A stretch of 64,000 nt of DNA from an uncultured Gemmatimonadaceae bacterium. GTDB taxonomy: Bacteria; Gemmatimonadota; Gemmatimonadetes; Gemmatimonadales; Gemmatimonadaceae. The notes beneath the pieces are model-generated. The model was not told the origin of the DNA, searched no databases, and saw only the letters and a list, made by a program, of their open reading frames with translations. The translations under genes were made by a program, and so were the position numbers. Positions 10,726 to 22,324 of this stretch are shown here, piece after piece (position 1 is the stretch's first letter; the number at the start of each line of letters is the position of its first letter). The DNA lies in contig CAVUDW010000003.1 in NCBI GenBank assembly GCA_963740355.1, positions 2,272,001 through 2,336,000 of the forward strand, written 5' to 3'.

Positions 10726-11556
10726 CTACCGCACTGCCACAGGCTGCATTCGCGCATGCTGTAGCGCCCATGACAAAGCGTAATCCGCCACTTCTTCCCA
10801 CCCGTCCTGCGCCGGCATCAGGTGCGCCCGGCCCGGATACTCGACGATCTCGGTCAGCGTGTTCGACTTGTAGTGCTTTGCGTTCGAGCGCTGAACCGAC
10901 GGCGGCATCAGGTTGTCCGATTCGCCGGAGATGAACAACAGCGGCGCCCGATTGTCGTTGTGGTAGTCCACCCACGAGCCCTGGTGTCCCGGCGTCAGGT
11001 TCGCGAGGGCACTCTCGAAGAAGATCGGCCCTGATGCGGGCACGTGATAACGCTCGTACAGGCGCCGCGATTCGTCATCGCTGAAGGTGTTGGTGAAGGC
11101 GTATTGCCATTGCTCATAGCTCAGCGCCACCGCCTTGTGGCGGTTCGATGGATGACTGAGCACTGGGAAGGTGGCCTTGAGCTGCGTCAGCGGCAGCACG
11201 GCGACTCCTTCCGTGGGCGCCGAGTTGATCGCGACGCCACAGGCTCCAAACCCGTGGTCGAGCAGCACCTGCGTGAACACCCCGCCGGCCGAATGTCCCA
11301 TCAGGATCGGCGGCGCATCGAGCTCGCGCACGATGCCTTCCAGCTTCTCGATGATCTGCGGCACCGTCACCCGTTCGATCGGCGTCGTATCGGCGTTCAG
11401 GGACTCGACCTCCACCTCGAAGCCAGGATAGGCGGGCGCGAGCACGCGATATCCCTTCGCCTCGTAGTGCGTGATCCAGTGCCCCCAGCTTCGTGGTGTG
11501 ACCCAGAAGCCATGAATGAGGATGATCGTGTCGGGCGTTGATGCGCTGTGACTAAT
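10726..11556 (-). CDS. Alpha/beta hydrolase (apparent ATT start)
   Basis: Frame stays open upstream of the track start: TIILIHGFWVTPRSW..W...Y...GYRVLAP; GHSAGG nucleophile. In-frame TAA just upstream; ATT at 11556 follows a GAGG RBS. Confidence 0.85.
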   Translation of the reverse strand: MSHSASTPDTIILIHGFWVTPRSWGHWITHYEAKGYRVLAPAYPGFEVEVESLNADTTPIERVTVPQIIEKLEGIVRELDAPPILMGHSAGGVFTQVLLDHGFGACGVAINSAPTEGVAVLPLTQLKATFPVLSHPSNRHKAVALSYEQWQYAFTNTFSDDESRRLYERYHVPASGPIFFESALANLTPGHQGSWVDYHNDNRAPLLFISGESDNLMPPSVQRSNAKHYKSNTLTEIVEYPGRAHLMPAQDGWEEVADYALSWALQHARMQPVAVR

Positions 11557-11631
11557 GCTGTGTGCCTCGATGAATTACAATGGGTGAGACGCAACCTCGA
11601 CGACGCGCCGAGTGTCGCAATTGACGCGAAA

Positions 11632-12492
11632 TCACTCCGCCGTGATGAACTCCAGCAGGTCGCGCGAGAGCTGCACCTTGTGTGTGTCGGTGATGCCGTG
11701 CGGCGCACCGGCGTACACCTTGAGCGCCGCGCCCTTGATGCGCGCCGCGCTCGCCTTGCCACCCACGGCGAATGGCACCACCTGGTCGTCGTCGCCATGA
11801 ATCACCAGAGTCGGTACGTCGAACGCGTCGAGGTCGGGGCGGAAATCGGTGGCAGAGAATGCCTCGATGCACTCCAGTGCATTCCGATGGCCTGACTGCA
11901 TGCCCTGCAGCCAGAAGGCATCCTTCATCCCGCGCGACACCGTAGCGCCAGGGCGATTGGCGCCGAAGAACGGCCCGTCGGCGAGATCGTGGTAGAGTTG
12001 CGAACGGTCGGCTTGCGAACCCGCGCGAATGCCATCGAACACCGCCAGCGGCACACCATCCGGATTGTCCGCGGTCTGCAGCATGAACGGAGGCACAGCG
12101 GAAACGAGCACGGCTTTCGCGACGCGGGCCGTGCCGTGCCGGCCGATGTACCGCGCCACTTCCCCACCCCCTGTGGAGAATCCAACCATCGTGATGTCGC
12201 GCAGGTCGAGCGCCTCGATCAGCGTGGCAAGGTCATCGGCATACGTGTTCATGTCGTTGCCGGACCACGACTGGGTGGAGCGGCCATGCCCGCGTCGATC
12301 GTGCGCAATGCAACGGCAGCCGTTGGAGGAAAGGAACAACATCTGCGCCTCCCAGCTGTCCGAGCTCAACGGCCAGCCGTGCGACAGCACCACGGGTCGC
12401 CCGGCTCCCCAGTCCTTGAAATAGATCTGCGTGCCGTCCTTCATCGTGACAGTCGACGCTGAACGCTCCAGCTCGATGGCTTTGCCTGACAT
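11632..12492 (-). CDS. Non-heme chloroperoxidase / arylesterase-like alpha/beta hydrolase
   Basis: [47 protein letters not shown]. Confidence 0.92.
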   Translation of the reverse strand: MSGKAIELERSASTVTMKDGTQIYFKDWGAGRPVVLSHGWPLSSDSWEAQMLFLSSNGCRCIAHDRRGHGRSTQSWSGNDMNTYADDLATLIEALDLRDITMVGFSTGGGEVARYIGRHGTARVAKAVLVSAVPPFMLQTADNPDGVPLAVFDGIRAGSQADRSQLYHDLADGPFFGANRPGATVSRGMKDAFWLQGMQSGHRNALECIEAFSATDFRPDLDAFDVPTLVIHGDDDQVVPFAVGGKASAARIKGAALKVYAGAPHGITDTHKVQLSRDLLEFITAE

Positions 12493-12646
12493 GCTGTAGT
12501 CCTCATCGCAGTGGAAATGGCCCTGACCCCTGCAACAAGACTCCCTGATATATCGCCGTCGCGAATCGATCCAGCGACGAGTCTTCTCCTACGTCGATGG
12601 GCGTAGGCGTTGTAAATCGACTTCCACGCTGACATACCTTGCCTCC

Positions 12647-13279
12647 ATGCCAGCCGACGATGCGATCACTGTCCTCGCCGTTGACGACCATCCGCTGATT
12701 CGCGCGGGACTGTCTGCCATCATTGCAACACAGTCCGACATGCGCCTTGTCGCCGAAGCGGCCGACGGAACGGCGGCGCTCGCAGCGTACCGCGAGTTTC
12801 GCCCACGCATCGTGCTGATGGACCTCCGCATGCCGAGCATGGACGGCATCACGGCGCTGACGAAGATTCGCGAGGAGTTTCCCGACGCCCGCATCATCGC
12901 GCTCACCTCGTACGATGGCGATGAGGACATCCATCGCGCGCTGGCCGCCGGTGCCATGGGGTACCTGCTGAAGGACATGCTCCGCAGCCAGCTGCTCGAG
13001 ACGATTCGAAGCGTGCATCGTGGAGTGCGCGTGATTCCGCCTGCAGTGGCTGCGCACCTCGCCGAGCACCTGCCGCGACAGCCACTCACCGCCCGTGAAG
13101 TGGAAGTCCTCGAACTCATTGCACAGGGACGAAGCAACCCGCAGATCGCGGCGCGCCTTGGCCGGGCCGAAAGTACGATGAAGGTGCATGTGCGCAGCAT
13201 CCTCCGAAAGCTGGGCACCGATGATCGCACGGAAGCCGTCATGATTGCGGCGCGCCGCGGAATCATCCGGCCATTCTGA
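12647..13279 (+). CDS. NarL/LuxR-type response regulator
   Basis: VDDHPLIR, MDLRMP, GYLLKD; C-terminal HTH LTAREVEVL...TMKVHVRSILRKL. Confidence 0.95.
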   Translation: MPADDAITVLAVDDHPLIRAGLSAIIATQSDMRLVAEAADGTAALAAYREFRPRIVLMDLRMPSMDGITALTKIREEFPDARIIALTSYDGDEDIHRALAAGAMGYLLKDMLRSQLLETIRSVHRGVRVIPPAVAAHLAEHLPRQPLTAREVEVLELIAQGRSNPQIAARLGRAESTMKVHVRSILRKLGTDDRTEAVMIAARRGIIRPF

Positions 13280-13313
13280 GTCGCTGTTGCGCCGATCATC
13301 GCTCGTTCGCACA

Positions 13314-16300
13314 GTGTTCATCGCACTCTGCTTCGCACTCGGTAGTGTTGCCGATGCAGTGACTGCGCCATTGCCGCAGCCAACGGGAGCGGGGGCAACG
13401 ATGCCACGTTCAGTCCCGCCGCGACGCCTCATCCACTTGCAGCACACGGCCTGGGGTGAGGAGGCCGGGATTCCCGTGGCGGGAATCTCGTTCCTGCAGC
13501 GCTCCGGCGATGGCTATCTCTGGCTCGGCACGGTGGATGGGCTGTTGCGCTTCGACGGCGTTCGTTTCGTCATGGTCGATGGTTCACGGGTGCCGGCACT
13601 ACGCAGCAGCGTCGCAGGTCCAATGGAACCGGTCGGTGTCGACCGTCGGGGCGCACTCTGGATTCACCGACGCGACGGCGCGCTGGTGGAGTACTTCAAC
13701 GGTGCGTTTCGCATCGCGCTTGGCCCCGATACCACGCGAAGCTGGCTCGGGGCATCGACCTTCGGCGGCGACGGAACGTTATGGGTGAACGCACGCGGGC
13801 TGGTTGCCGTGCGACACGGCCAACGTGTACGGCTGAGCCCTCCGCGCGAGTTGCAGGGCACGGCATCGATGGGTATCGCCGCGGATACAGGCGCTGGCGT
13901 GTGGGTGGGCACACGATCGGGTCAACTCTGGCACGTCACGGAACGCGTCGCGACACAGGTCGAATACGTCAGTGAATCCGGCGATGGCATTCGTCCGCTG
14001 CTGCAATCGCGCGATGGTGCACTCTGGCTGCTCGATCACGGCATCGTGCGATGGAAGGACGGCGTGCGCACGCGTGTCATGGTACCGGGAACAGCCGTCA
14101 TCCCCACCGGGACATGGGGCGAAGAACTTCCCGATGGATCGGTGATCATCGGCACCCGCGGCCACGGCGTGCTTCGGTGGTCGAACGGCATCGTGGATCA
14201 GTTTTCGGTCGCCGAGGGGTTGTCGAATGCCATCGTGCGCGCATTGCTCGTCGACCGTGACGGCACCATCTGGCTCACCACCGATGCGGGGCTCGACCGC
14301 TTGCGCCGCACCCCATTCGTCACGCTCGGCGCCCGCGATGGCCTGACGACGAACTACCTCGGCGCCGTCATCAGCGATGCTGGCGGTGGCGTGTGGATCG
14401 ACGAGTACTCGACCCGTCGCACCTACCTGGTCGACTCGGGGCCCGTGCGGCAGCGCGATGGGCCACTCGCCATTTCGCAGGCCGTCCGCCCCCGGGCCGA
14501 TGGCGACATCCATGTCACCGTCGCACCGGCGCGCGGCGGGGGTGCCTACCAGTACGACTACCGCGGACACCTGCTGCTCGCCAGGAAGGATCGGAGCACA
14601 GTCATCGAGGCGAGAGGGTTGCCTCGCTTGCGCCCTCGCGCCGTCTACGAGACTCGGGCCGGCGACATCTGGATCGGGTTCGACAGGGGACAGATTGGCG
14701 TCCTTCGCAATGGGGTGTACGCCGAATTGCGCGGCTTTACACGCGCGGGCAGAGCCAGGGCAACGGCAATCACCGAGGATGCGCGGCACCACATCTGGAT
14801 CACCACCCGCGATCCTGGCCTGCTCGTGGAGGTCGTTGGTGATAGTGTGCGCCGCCAGTTCGCGCCGGCGGAGAACGCGTCGGCCGTCCTCAAGAATCCG
14901 CTCGTCGATCAGGGCGACACGATCTGGATGGCAACCGGTGACAGGCTGCTCCGCCTGGCGAACGACACCCTGGTCGTGGCGCATCTCCCAGGACTGGTTG
15001 CGGCAATGCGCGACCCCTCGTACTCCATGCTGATCGCCGCGAAGCATCTCTGGGTCTGCAGCGCACTCGGGATCGGGCGTATTTCAATGACGGCACTGAA
15101 CCGGATTGCGGACGGCGACAGTGCGGCCACCGCACCGTTGCAGTGGTTCGGGCAGTCGGATGGCCTGCCGATGGCGAAGGGCACCATCATGAATGCACAG
15201 GCCTGCACCACGGGACCGGACGCGCGACTCTGGTTCAGCACTCCCGTTGGCGTGGCAGTGCTCGATCCCGCCAGTCTCGCCGATCCAGCACCACCACCCC
15301 GCGTGCACATCGAGGAAGTCATCGCTGACGGCAAACCGCTCGCGATCGATCCGGTGCTGCGCATTCCACCCAACCCCGAACGCGTGGAGTTCAAGTTCAC
15401 GGCCACCGAGCTCCGCCTGCCGGAGCGCACCAATTTGCAGTATCGACTCGACGGCGCAGATGGTGTGTGGATCGATGTGCGCGGTGCTCGCAGCGCCACG
15501 TACACGCAACTGCGTCCTGGGAAATACCAGTTTCGCGTACGGGCCTGGCTGGACGGTGGTGCACCGGGGAGCGCCGTGACACTCGCGTTGCGTGTGCTGC
15601 CGGCATGGTATCAGTCATGGTGGTTTGCACTTCCTGGTCGCGGCGGCCGCCGGCGGAGCGGCAGTCCTCGCTGCCATCTCGATGCTGCGCGCCAGGACGC
15701 GACGACTGGCCGAACGGCTGCAGGCTCGGTTCGACGCGGAGACTGCGGAGCGCAGCCGCATTGCCCGTGACCTGCACGACACGGTGCTTCAGGGCTTCAC
15801 CGGCATTACGATGCAGCTGCAGGCGGTGCGCGAGACGATGCTGCACTCGCCAGCGACAGCGGCCGCCACCATGGACCGCGTCCTCACATCGGCCGACGCC
15901 GCGCTCCGTGAAGCACGGTTGATCGTGTTCGACTTGCGCGCGCCGGAGTTGGAGGCGATGGACCTGCCGACGGCGCTCGAAAGCGCCGCTCGTACGTTGA
16001 TCGATGGCACGCCGCTGACCGTCCAGATGACGGTCACCGGCCAGCGACGCCGACTGCCCCTGGAACGCGAGACGGCTGTGCTGCGCGTCGGCAAGGAAGC
16101 GGTGGCCAACATCGTCAAGCATGCCAATGCCGAGCGAGTCACCATCACGTTTCACTACGCGCCAGATACCGTTTCGCTCGTCGTCGAGGACGACGGTCAG
16201 GGGCTTGGCGACAGCGCGTCATCCGACCGACAACCTACGCATGGCTGGGGCATCGTCGGCATGCGCGAACGCGCCACGCGACTCGGCGGGACCCTCGACA

Positions 16301-16356
16301 TCAGCGCGATCGCCGAGGGCGGTGTTCGTGTCACCTTGTGCCTGCCGACGACCTGA
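13314..16356 (+). pseudogene. Sensor histidine kinase (beta-propeller + Y_Y_Y + HisKA_3), frameshifted near 15630
   Basis: ORF 13245-15770 has propeller repeats (DGYLWLGT..GLLRFDG) and Y_Y_Y (YRLDG...YTQLRPGKYQFRVRA). ORF 15592-16356 has TM plus ERSRIARDLHDT, EAVANIVKHA, DDGQG, GIVGMRERA. One extra base joins them; may be an assembly error. Confidence 0.85.
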
Positions 16357-16391
16357 GTGCGGAATCGCCGGCTGCACCGTGGAGCGACGGA

Positions 16392-18045
16392 CTACGGCTT
16401 CGTCACCCACGGTTCACGCACGACATCCATCGGCATGTCCTTCTTCGCCTCGCGCACGATCCGCTCCACGTCACGCATCAGGTTCGCGTTCTCGATCACC
16501 ACACCATCCTTGATCGTGTGCACGATGCCACGCGTGCGACGCACCGTGCCGTCGGGATTCCGCACCAGGTCGCCGAACGCATACAGCAGCTTGAGGTTCG
16601 CGGCCGGATTGCCATCCACGATCAGCAGGTCGGCCAGGTAGCCCTGCCGCACGAGGCCGAGCTTCGGCACGCCGAGCGTGTTGGCGCTCGACAGTGTGGC
16701 GGCCTTCAACACCTCGAGGTTGTGCATGCCGGTTTCGCGCATCAGTTGCGCCTCGCGCACCGTGCTGAAGCCCGGCGTGGCCCAGATGTAGTTGTCGTCG
16801 GTGCCGAACGCCACGCGACCGCCGCGCTTGTTGAAGGCGAAGATCAGGTCACCCCACAGCCGGTACGCCTGCGTCCAGGTGTATTCGTCGTCCGAGGTCC
16901 AGTCGGCGTGATACGCACCATGGTTGGCAGGATTCGGCAGGTTCCAGTTCCAGAGTGCCGGATGTGTGTACTTCTCATGCCACGGCAGGCTCATCGCGCG
17001 CACCGCATCACGATTCGCTTCGTATACCACGCGCGTCGGCAGCATCGTCACGCCACACTTCACCAGCGAATCGGCGACGGCGCCAAGCAGCCGATCACGA
17101 TCGGCTTCCAGCCACACCTTGCCGGCATACCGAAAACGCTGGTTCTCGTTGCCGAAGCTGTATTCCGGGCCGAAGTCCTGCACACTCCGGTTGAGCGCTG
17201 ACTCCGCATACCCGTAGTGATGCTCGATCATCGTCACGCCGGCGCACGCCGCCTGCACGGCATTCACCACCGCTGTGGTCGACGGCGGAATGTGGAAGCT
17301 GGTGATCATGCCATTCGGCTTCGCCGCCGCGGCAATCGCCTTCACCAGGTCGAGGCTCCAGCCGTTGGAGTCCATCGAGATCACGCGCAGACCACGCGCC
17401 GCCATCGCCTTCGCCACTTCGGGCGCACGCGACGGATCATCGATCTCGGCCCGCGAGAACCGCGTGCCACCGCCCCAGCTCACGAGCGGATACAGCCGCG
17501 GCGCCAGCACCTTGTTCTGCCGCGAGAGATCGGCCTGCGTGATCGCGCTGTCCACCCCACGATCGCTGGCCGGCACCATCGTCGTCACACCCATCGCCAG
17601 CTTCAGGTAGTAGACGTACGACAAGCGGCATCGGCTGCGTCCGGATGTGGGTGTGCAGGTCGAACATCCCCGGCATCACATACATCCCCGTGGCGTCGAT
17701 CACCCGGTCGCCCGTCGGGCGCTCGATGCGACCGCGCCGCTCGGCGGTGACCGGATCGAAGGCGATCATCTCCGTGATCATGTTCCCCTCGATCACGATG
17801 TCGTACGGCCCCGCCGGCGGGCCGCCATGGCCCGGAATCACCATCGCGCCACGAATCACGAGGCGCTTGTACGGCCCGGCGGCGAGGTCGCCGAAGTTGA
17901 CTGGCGTGATGGTCGCAGCAGCAGTCGATGGCGATTGCGCCGTCGCAACAGCGGGCGCCATCCCACTGAAGGCCAGCGCCCTCACGGCGACTCGAAGCAG
18001 CTGCGACGATGCAAGTCGGCGGGGGAGGCCGGCAAGTCTGGGCAT
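16392..18045 (-). pseudogene. Amidohydrolase, frameshifted near 17620
   Basis: N-part (signal peptide, MPGMFDLHTH) lies in ORF 17437-18702 from ATG 18045; C-part (YLKLAMGVTT...GTDD...ADLLIVDGNP) in ORF 16392-17624. Confidence 0.82.
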
Positions 18046-18261
18046 GTGGTTCCGGGACGTGGGAGGAGCACGGGTGGTCGACGCCGATCCAACGGGCGAC
18101 ACCTCGCAGACGTTGCGACGCACCCGGCTGATATATCGGACAGGCGCTTCGGGTGTACCGGCGATACTATCAGCTAATCTCAGGTCGATACCCGGCTCGG
18201 AACCGCGAGTCTTGCTGCAGCACCCGGGACCACAGCCAGCACGTCGAACCCTGGAGCCGCG

Positions 18262-20202
18262 ATGAGCGACAGCGAGGAGCGACACGCCTTCGTGCTCGAT
18301 TGCATCCAGGCCGGTGTCGTGATCCACAACGCAGCGACCGAGATCATCTACGCCAATGCAAAGGCGAGCGAGATGCTCGGCGTGACGCATGACCGCATCC
18401 TCGGCGTGGTCAATACCGACCCCCGATGGGTCTTCACGACCGAGGATGGCGCCCCGATGCCGGTCGAGGATTACCCGGTCAGTCGCGCACTCCGCACCCG
18501 CCAGGTCGTTCGGGACCTGGTGGTCGGTGTCCGTCGTCCGACCGACAACGAAAGCGTGTGGTTGATGGGCAACGCGTATCCGGTCATGGATGGCGACGGC
18601 GTGCCGATCGAGGTCGTGGTCACCTTCTCCGATGTGACTGGGCTCAAGACCGCCGAACGCGCCCGGAAGAAATCGGAGGAACGGCTCGAGCTCGTGCTGC
18701 AAGGGTCAACCGATGCGCCATGGGATATCGACTTGCTCAGCGGTGAGGCGTACTACTCGCCGCGCTGGTGGGCGATGGCCGGCTATGCGCCCAATGACAT
18801 GCCCGTCAACATGCTCACATGGACGCACCTGCTGCATCCCGACGACAAAGGCTGGGTGCTGCGCGATCTCGCCAGGCACCTCGACGAGGGCGCAACGACG
18901 TGGGCCACCGAATTTCGGTTCCAGCACAAGGACGGCCACGTCGTGCAGATCCTCTCGCGTGGATTCATCCTGCGCGATGCCACCGGTCGTCCGATTCGCG
19001 TCTCCGGCGCCAATACCGACATCACCGAGCGCCGGGCGATTGAAGCCCAGTTGCGACAGTCACAAAAACTCGAAGCGATCGGGCAGCTGGCTGGTGGAGT
19101 CGCGCACGACTTCAACAACCTCCTCGCCGTGATATGCGGCAATATCGAACTCGTGCAGCAGGATTGGGATGGCACTGCCGACCAGAACGATATGCTCGAT
19201 GAAGCGCTCGGTGCCGCGCGACGTGGCGCCGAGCTGACCCGTCGCCTCCTGGCCTCGACCCGCCAGCAGGCGCTTCAGCCAACGGTGGTGCACGTCGAAA
19301 CGATGGTGACGAACCTGGTGCAGGTTCTCCGGCGCCTGATTCACGAGTCGATCCGAATCGATACGCACGTCGCGGCCGACGTGTCGCGAATTCGCATTGA
19401 CGCCAACCAGTTCGAGAACGCGCTCCTGAATCTTGCAATCAACGCACGCGACGCGATGCCAAGCGGCGGTGTGCTTGCCATCAGCGCTGAAAACGTGGAC
19501 CTCAGCGACGCTGTCATCCCCGTTGACGTCGATGTCACCCCCGGCTCGTACGTGCGCGTATCGATCTCGGACGATGGCGTCGGCATGAGCCGCGAAACCC
19601 TGCAACACGCCCTCGAACCGTTCTTCACCACCAAGCCAGTCGGTCAGGGCTCGGGGCTGGGCTTGAGCATGGTCTACGGCTTCGTGAAGCAGTCGGGCGG
19701 CGGGCTCAAGATCTACAGCGAGCCTGGGCGAGGGACGTCGATCCAGCTCTACCTGCCTGCCACCGACGCGCAGGTGACCGCCGGTGACCTGGCGCACGAT
19801 GACGCACCACACGCCTCCGCCGAGCGGGAAGAAGTCGTGCTGGTGGTCGAGGACGACTCGAACGTGCGACTGTTCTGTCTCCGCTGCCTGAATTCACTTG
19901 GATATCGCACCATCGAGGCGATCAACGGTCCGAGCGCGCTTCGTGCAATCACGGGCGGCCAACACATCGACCTGATGTTGACCGACGTCGTGATGCCGAA
20001 CGGCCTCAATGGACCAGAGGTCGCGTCGGCCGCTCGCAAGATGATCCCCGGATTGCGGGTGCTCTTCATGTCGGGATATCCCGCCCACATGCTGGACGTG
20101 GATGATGCGCTGGCGCGGGAGCACCTGCTCACGAAGCCGTTCTCGCGCGCCATCCTGGCGCGAACGATTCGCGCACTCCTCGACGCACCGATTCAGGCGT
20201 AG
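18262..20202 (+). CDS. PAS-domain hybrid sensor kinase/response regulator
   Basis: Two PAS/PAC domains; QKLEAIGQLAGGVAHDFNNLL, NARDAM, FFTTK, GLGL; receiver (VVEDD, TDVVMP). Confidence 0.95.
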   Translation: MSDSEERHAFVLDCIQAGVVIHNAATEIIYANAKASEMLGVTHDRILGVVNTDPRWVFTTEDGAPMPVEDYPVSRALRTRQVVRDLVVGVRRPTDNESVWLMGNAYPVMDGDGVPIEVVVTFSDVTGLKTAERARKKSEERLELVLQGSTDAPWDIDLLSGEAYYSPRWWAMAGYAPNDMPVNMLTWTHLLHPDDKGWVLRDLARHLDEGATTWATEFRFQHKDGHVVQILSRGFILRDATGRPIRVSGANTDITERRAIEAQLRQSQKLEAIGQLAGGVAHDFNNLLAVICGNIELVQQDWDGTADQNDMLDEALGAARRGAELTRRLLASTRQQALQPTVVHVETMVTNLVQVLRRLIHESIRIDTHVAADVSRIRIDANQFENALLNLAINARDAMPSGGVLAISAENVDLSDAVIPVDVDVTPGSYVRVSISDDGVGMSRETLQHALEPFFTTKPVGQGSGLGLSMVYGFVKQSGGGLKIYSEPGRGTSIQLYLPATDAQVTAGDLAHDDAPHASAEREEVVLVVEDDSNVRLFCLRCLNSLGYRTIEAINGPSALRAITGGQHIDLMLTDVVMPNGLNGPEVASAARKMIPGLRVLFMSGYPAHMLDVDDALAREHLLTKPFSRAILARTIRALLDAPIQA

Positions 20203-20242
20203 TCCGCGTCGGTCATTCCCGACGACGCGATCGACCAACGCG

Positions 20243-20644
20243 TCAGGCCGGGGGTGACCCGCTGCCCACGCTGGCGGGATTCGTGAACAGCAGCCGCCCG
20301 AACGCGGCGAACAGGATCGCGCTCACCACACAGGTCACGCCGTACACCACGTCGCCGTGCGCGCGCCAAAGACGGAGCGCGGAGAAGGTGCAGTTGCTGA
20401 GAAACAGCATGTTGGTGAACAGCAGCGGCCGGCCGTAAATGCCGCCGATCATGGTGTGGCGCTGGAACCAGTTGAGTAGCGCAAGGGACACGACGGCACC
20501 GCCAAGCAGCGCGGCCATCCAGAGCGCGATCGGGGGAACGCCTGTCGCCGCCTGGGCAACGATGTCCTCACCGGCAAACAGCAACGCGAGACCAACCACG
20601 GCGTACACCACGCTCGTGACGACAAGCAGACGATTGACTGGCAT
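20243..20644 (-). CDS. Hypothetical 4-TM membrane protein
   Basis: Four hydrophobic segments, IGGIYGRP motif; ATG 20644. Confidence 0.7.
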   Translation of the reverse strand: MPVNRLLVVTSVVYAVVGLALLFAGEDIVAQAATGVPPIALWMAALLGGAVVSLALLNWFQRHTMIGGIYGRPLLFTNMLFLSNCTFSALRLWRAHGDVVYGVTCVVSAILFAAFGRLLFTNPASVGSGSPPA

Positions 20645-20687
20645 CGAATGAATATGCAGCGGGAAACGAGCCGCGTGAGCTGGCGCG

Positions 20688-21107
20688 TCACTCCGGCAGG
20701 TACGTGATCCACTGGCGCAGGATGGCTTCCAGCGCGCCACGATGCGCATTGATGTCGGCCATGCTGGAAATCGTCACCAGTGCGCGATCGTTCGACTTCC
20801 AGTCGAGCAAGCCAGCGGGATCGGGAATTTCTGCACGCGCGGCGAGATCCGCCCTTGGCTTGGCGCCGAAATGCAGGACCAGCTGCACTCCCTTCTTCGC
20901 CCGCGGATTGAAGGTGGCAAAGTGTTCGCCCTGCGCAAAACTGGGCGCGTTCCACTTGATCCCCTCCGTAATGTGCGGGCTCACGCCACGAATCACCGTG
21001 CGCAGCTGTTGCATGATCAGCGCTGCCGCAGGTTTCTCGGTCGCGAACCATGCATCCACCGGACTCATACCATCGGTGGCGGGCTTCGCCGCTTTCTTGG
21101 CTGCCAT
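20688..21107 (-). CDS. DUF1801 (YdhG-like) protein
   Basis: LRTVIRGVSPHITEGIKWNAPSF, LVLHFGAK. Confidence 0.85.
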   Translation of the reverse strand: MAAKKAAKPATDGMSPVDAWFATEKPAAALIMQQLRTVIRGVSPHITEGIKWNAPSFAQGEHFATFNPRAKKGVQLVLHFGAKPRADLAARAEIPDPAGLLDWKSNDRALVTISSMADINAHRGALEAILRQWITYLPE

Positions 21108-21372
21108 TACGTTGCTCCCGTCACAATCGCCAGCATCTCGCCTGCATTCATCTCACGGTCTCGGGTCGAAAGGTCTCGGTGCGTCGTGTGCGGCATGACG
21201 GAGGTTGCGGCGGCGGCCAGATGCCCGCGCAGCTGGCCATGCCTGTTATCGTGACAGTGCCAACGATACGACAGCCAGTTTAAGGGTAGGCCGGCGTCGC
21301 GGCAGCATCGGGCTCTCGCTCAGCCGATCGCTCCATTCCCGATTGTCATCCGAATCAAGGCCAGAATTCGCC

Positions 21373-22299
21373 ATGCCGACGTTTCGCCGGGTCACACTGC
21401 TTGCGGCATGCCTGACGGCAGCCGCCTGTGCATCGCTGCCACGGGCCAGCGGGCCCAGCGAACCGCCACGGATCGCCGTGATTTCTGCCTTTGATGCAGA
21501 GCTCGTCCGGCTCAAGGCCGCCACCGAGATCACCGGAACCCGCGTCATCAATGGGCGCACCCACTATCTCGGCCGGCTGGCTGGCCACGACGTGGTGCTG
21601 CTGCTGAGCGGCTTCAGCATGGTGAATGCGGCCATGACCACGCAGGCCATGCTCGACCGATTTCCGATCAGCGGCATCGTCTTCTCCGGCATCGCCGGTG
21701 GCGTCAACCCGGGACTGCGGGTCGGCGATGTCACGGTGCCGGCGCAGTGGGGCAACTACCAGGAGAATGTCTTCGCGCGCGAGACGCCGACTGGATTCGA
21801 CCCAGGCCGGCAGACCGTGGAATTCACGAACTTCGGCATGATGTTCCCGCGTGGCGCCTCCGTGGTGCCACCCGACGGCCGGCCCGATTCACTGACGCGT
21901 CAGTTCTGGTTCACCGTCGGCACGACCGAGATGGCGACCGCGAAAGAGGTAGCCCGCACCGTCAAGCTCAGTCGCTGCACCAGCAGTGGCGAGTGTCTCG
22001 AACATGAGCCACGCGTCGTGACGGGCGGCAATGGTGTCAGTGGCCCCACCTTCGTCGATAACGCGGCCTATCGCGACTGGGCCTGGACCACCTTTCACGC
22101 CGACGCACTCGACATGGAGACAGCGGCCGTCGCATTGGTGGCCTATGAGAATCGTGTGCCCTACATCGCCTTCCGATCACTCTCCGACCTCGCGGGCGGC
22201 GGGCCGGGGAAGAATGAACAACCGGTGTTCGGCAAGCTGGCCGCTGACAACTCCGCAGCCGTGGTGATCGCATACCTGAAGGCGCTCCCCGCGAAATAG
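21373..22299 (+). CDS. MTA/SAH nucleosidase-like (PNP_UDP family) putative lipoprotein
   Basis: Signal with Cys (LTAAAC); FSGIAGG, ALDMETAAV, FRSLSDLAGG. Confidence 0.85.
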   Translation: MPTFRRVTLLAACLTAAACASLPRASGPSEPPRIAVISAFDAELVRLKAATEITGTRVINGRTHYLGRLAGHDVVLLLSGFSMVNAAMTTQAMLDRFPISGIVFSGIAGGVNPGLRVGDVTVPAQWGNYQENVFARETPTGFDPGRQTVEFTNFGMMFPRGASVVPPDGRPDSLTRQFWFTVGTTEMATAKEVARTVKLSRCTSSGECLEHEPRVVTGGNGVSGPTFVDNAAYRDWAWTTFHADALDMETAAVALVAYENRVPYIAFRSLSDLAGGGPGKNEQPVFGKLAADNSAAVVIAYLKALPAK

Positions 22300-22324
22300 C
22301 ACCGCATTCCCAAACGCCCCGCAC

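Noticed and set aside
21108..21372. Possible purine or SAM riboswitch upstream of the nucleosidase-permease pair
   Set aside because: No recognisable conserved aptamer motifs by eye; an Rfam scan would be needed.
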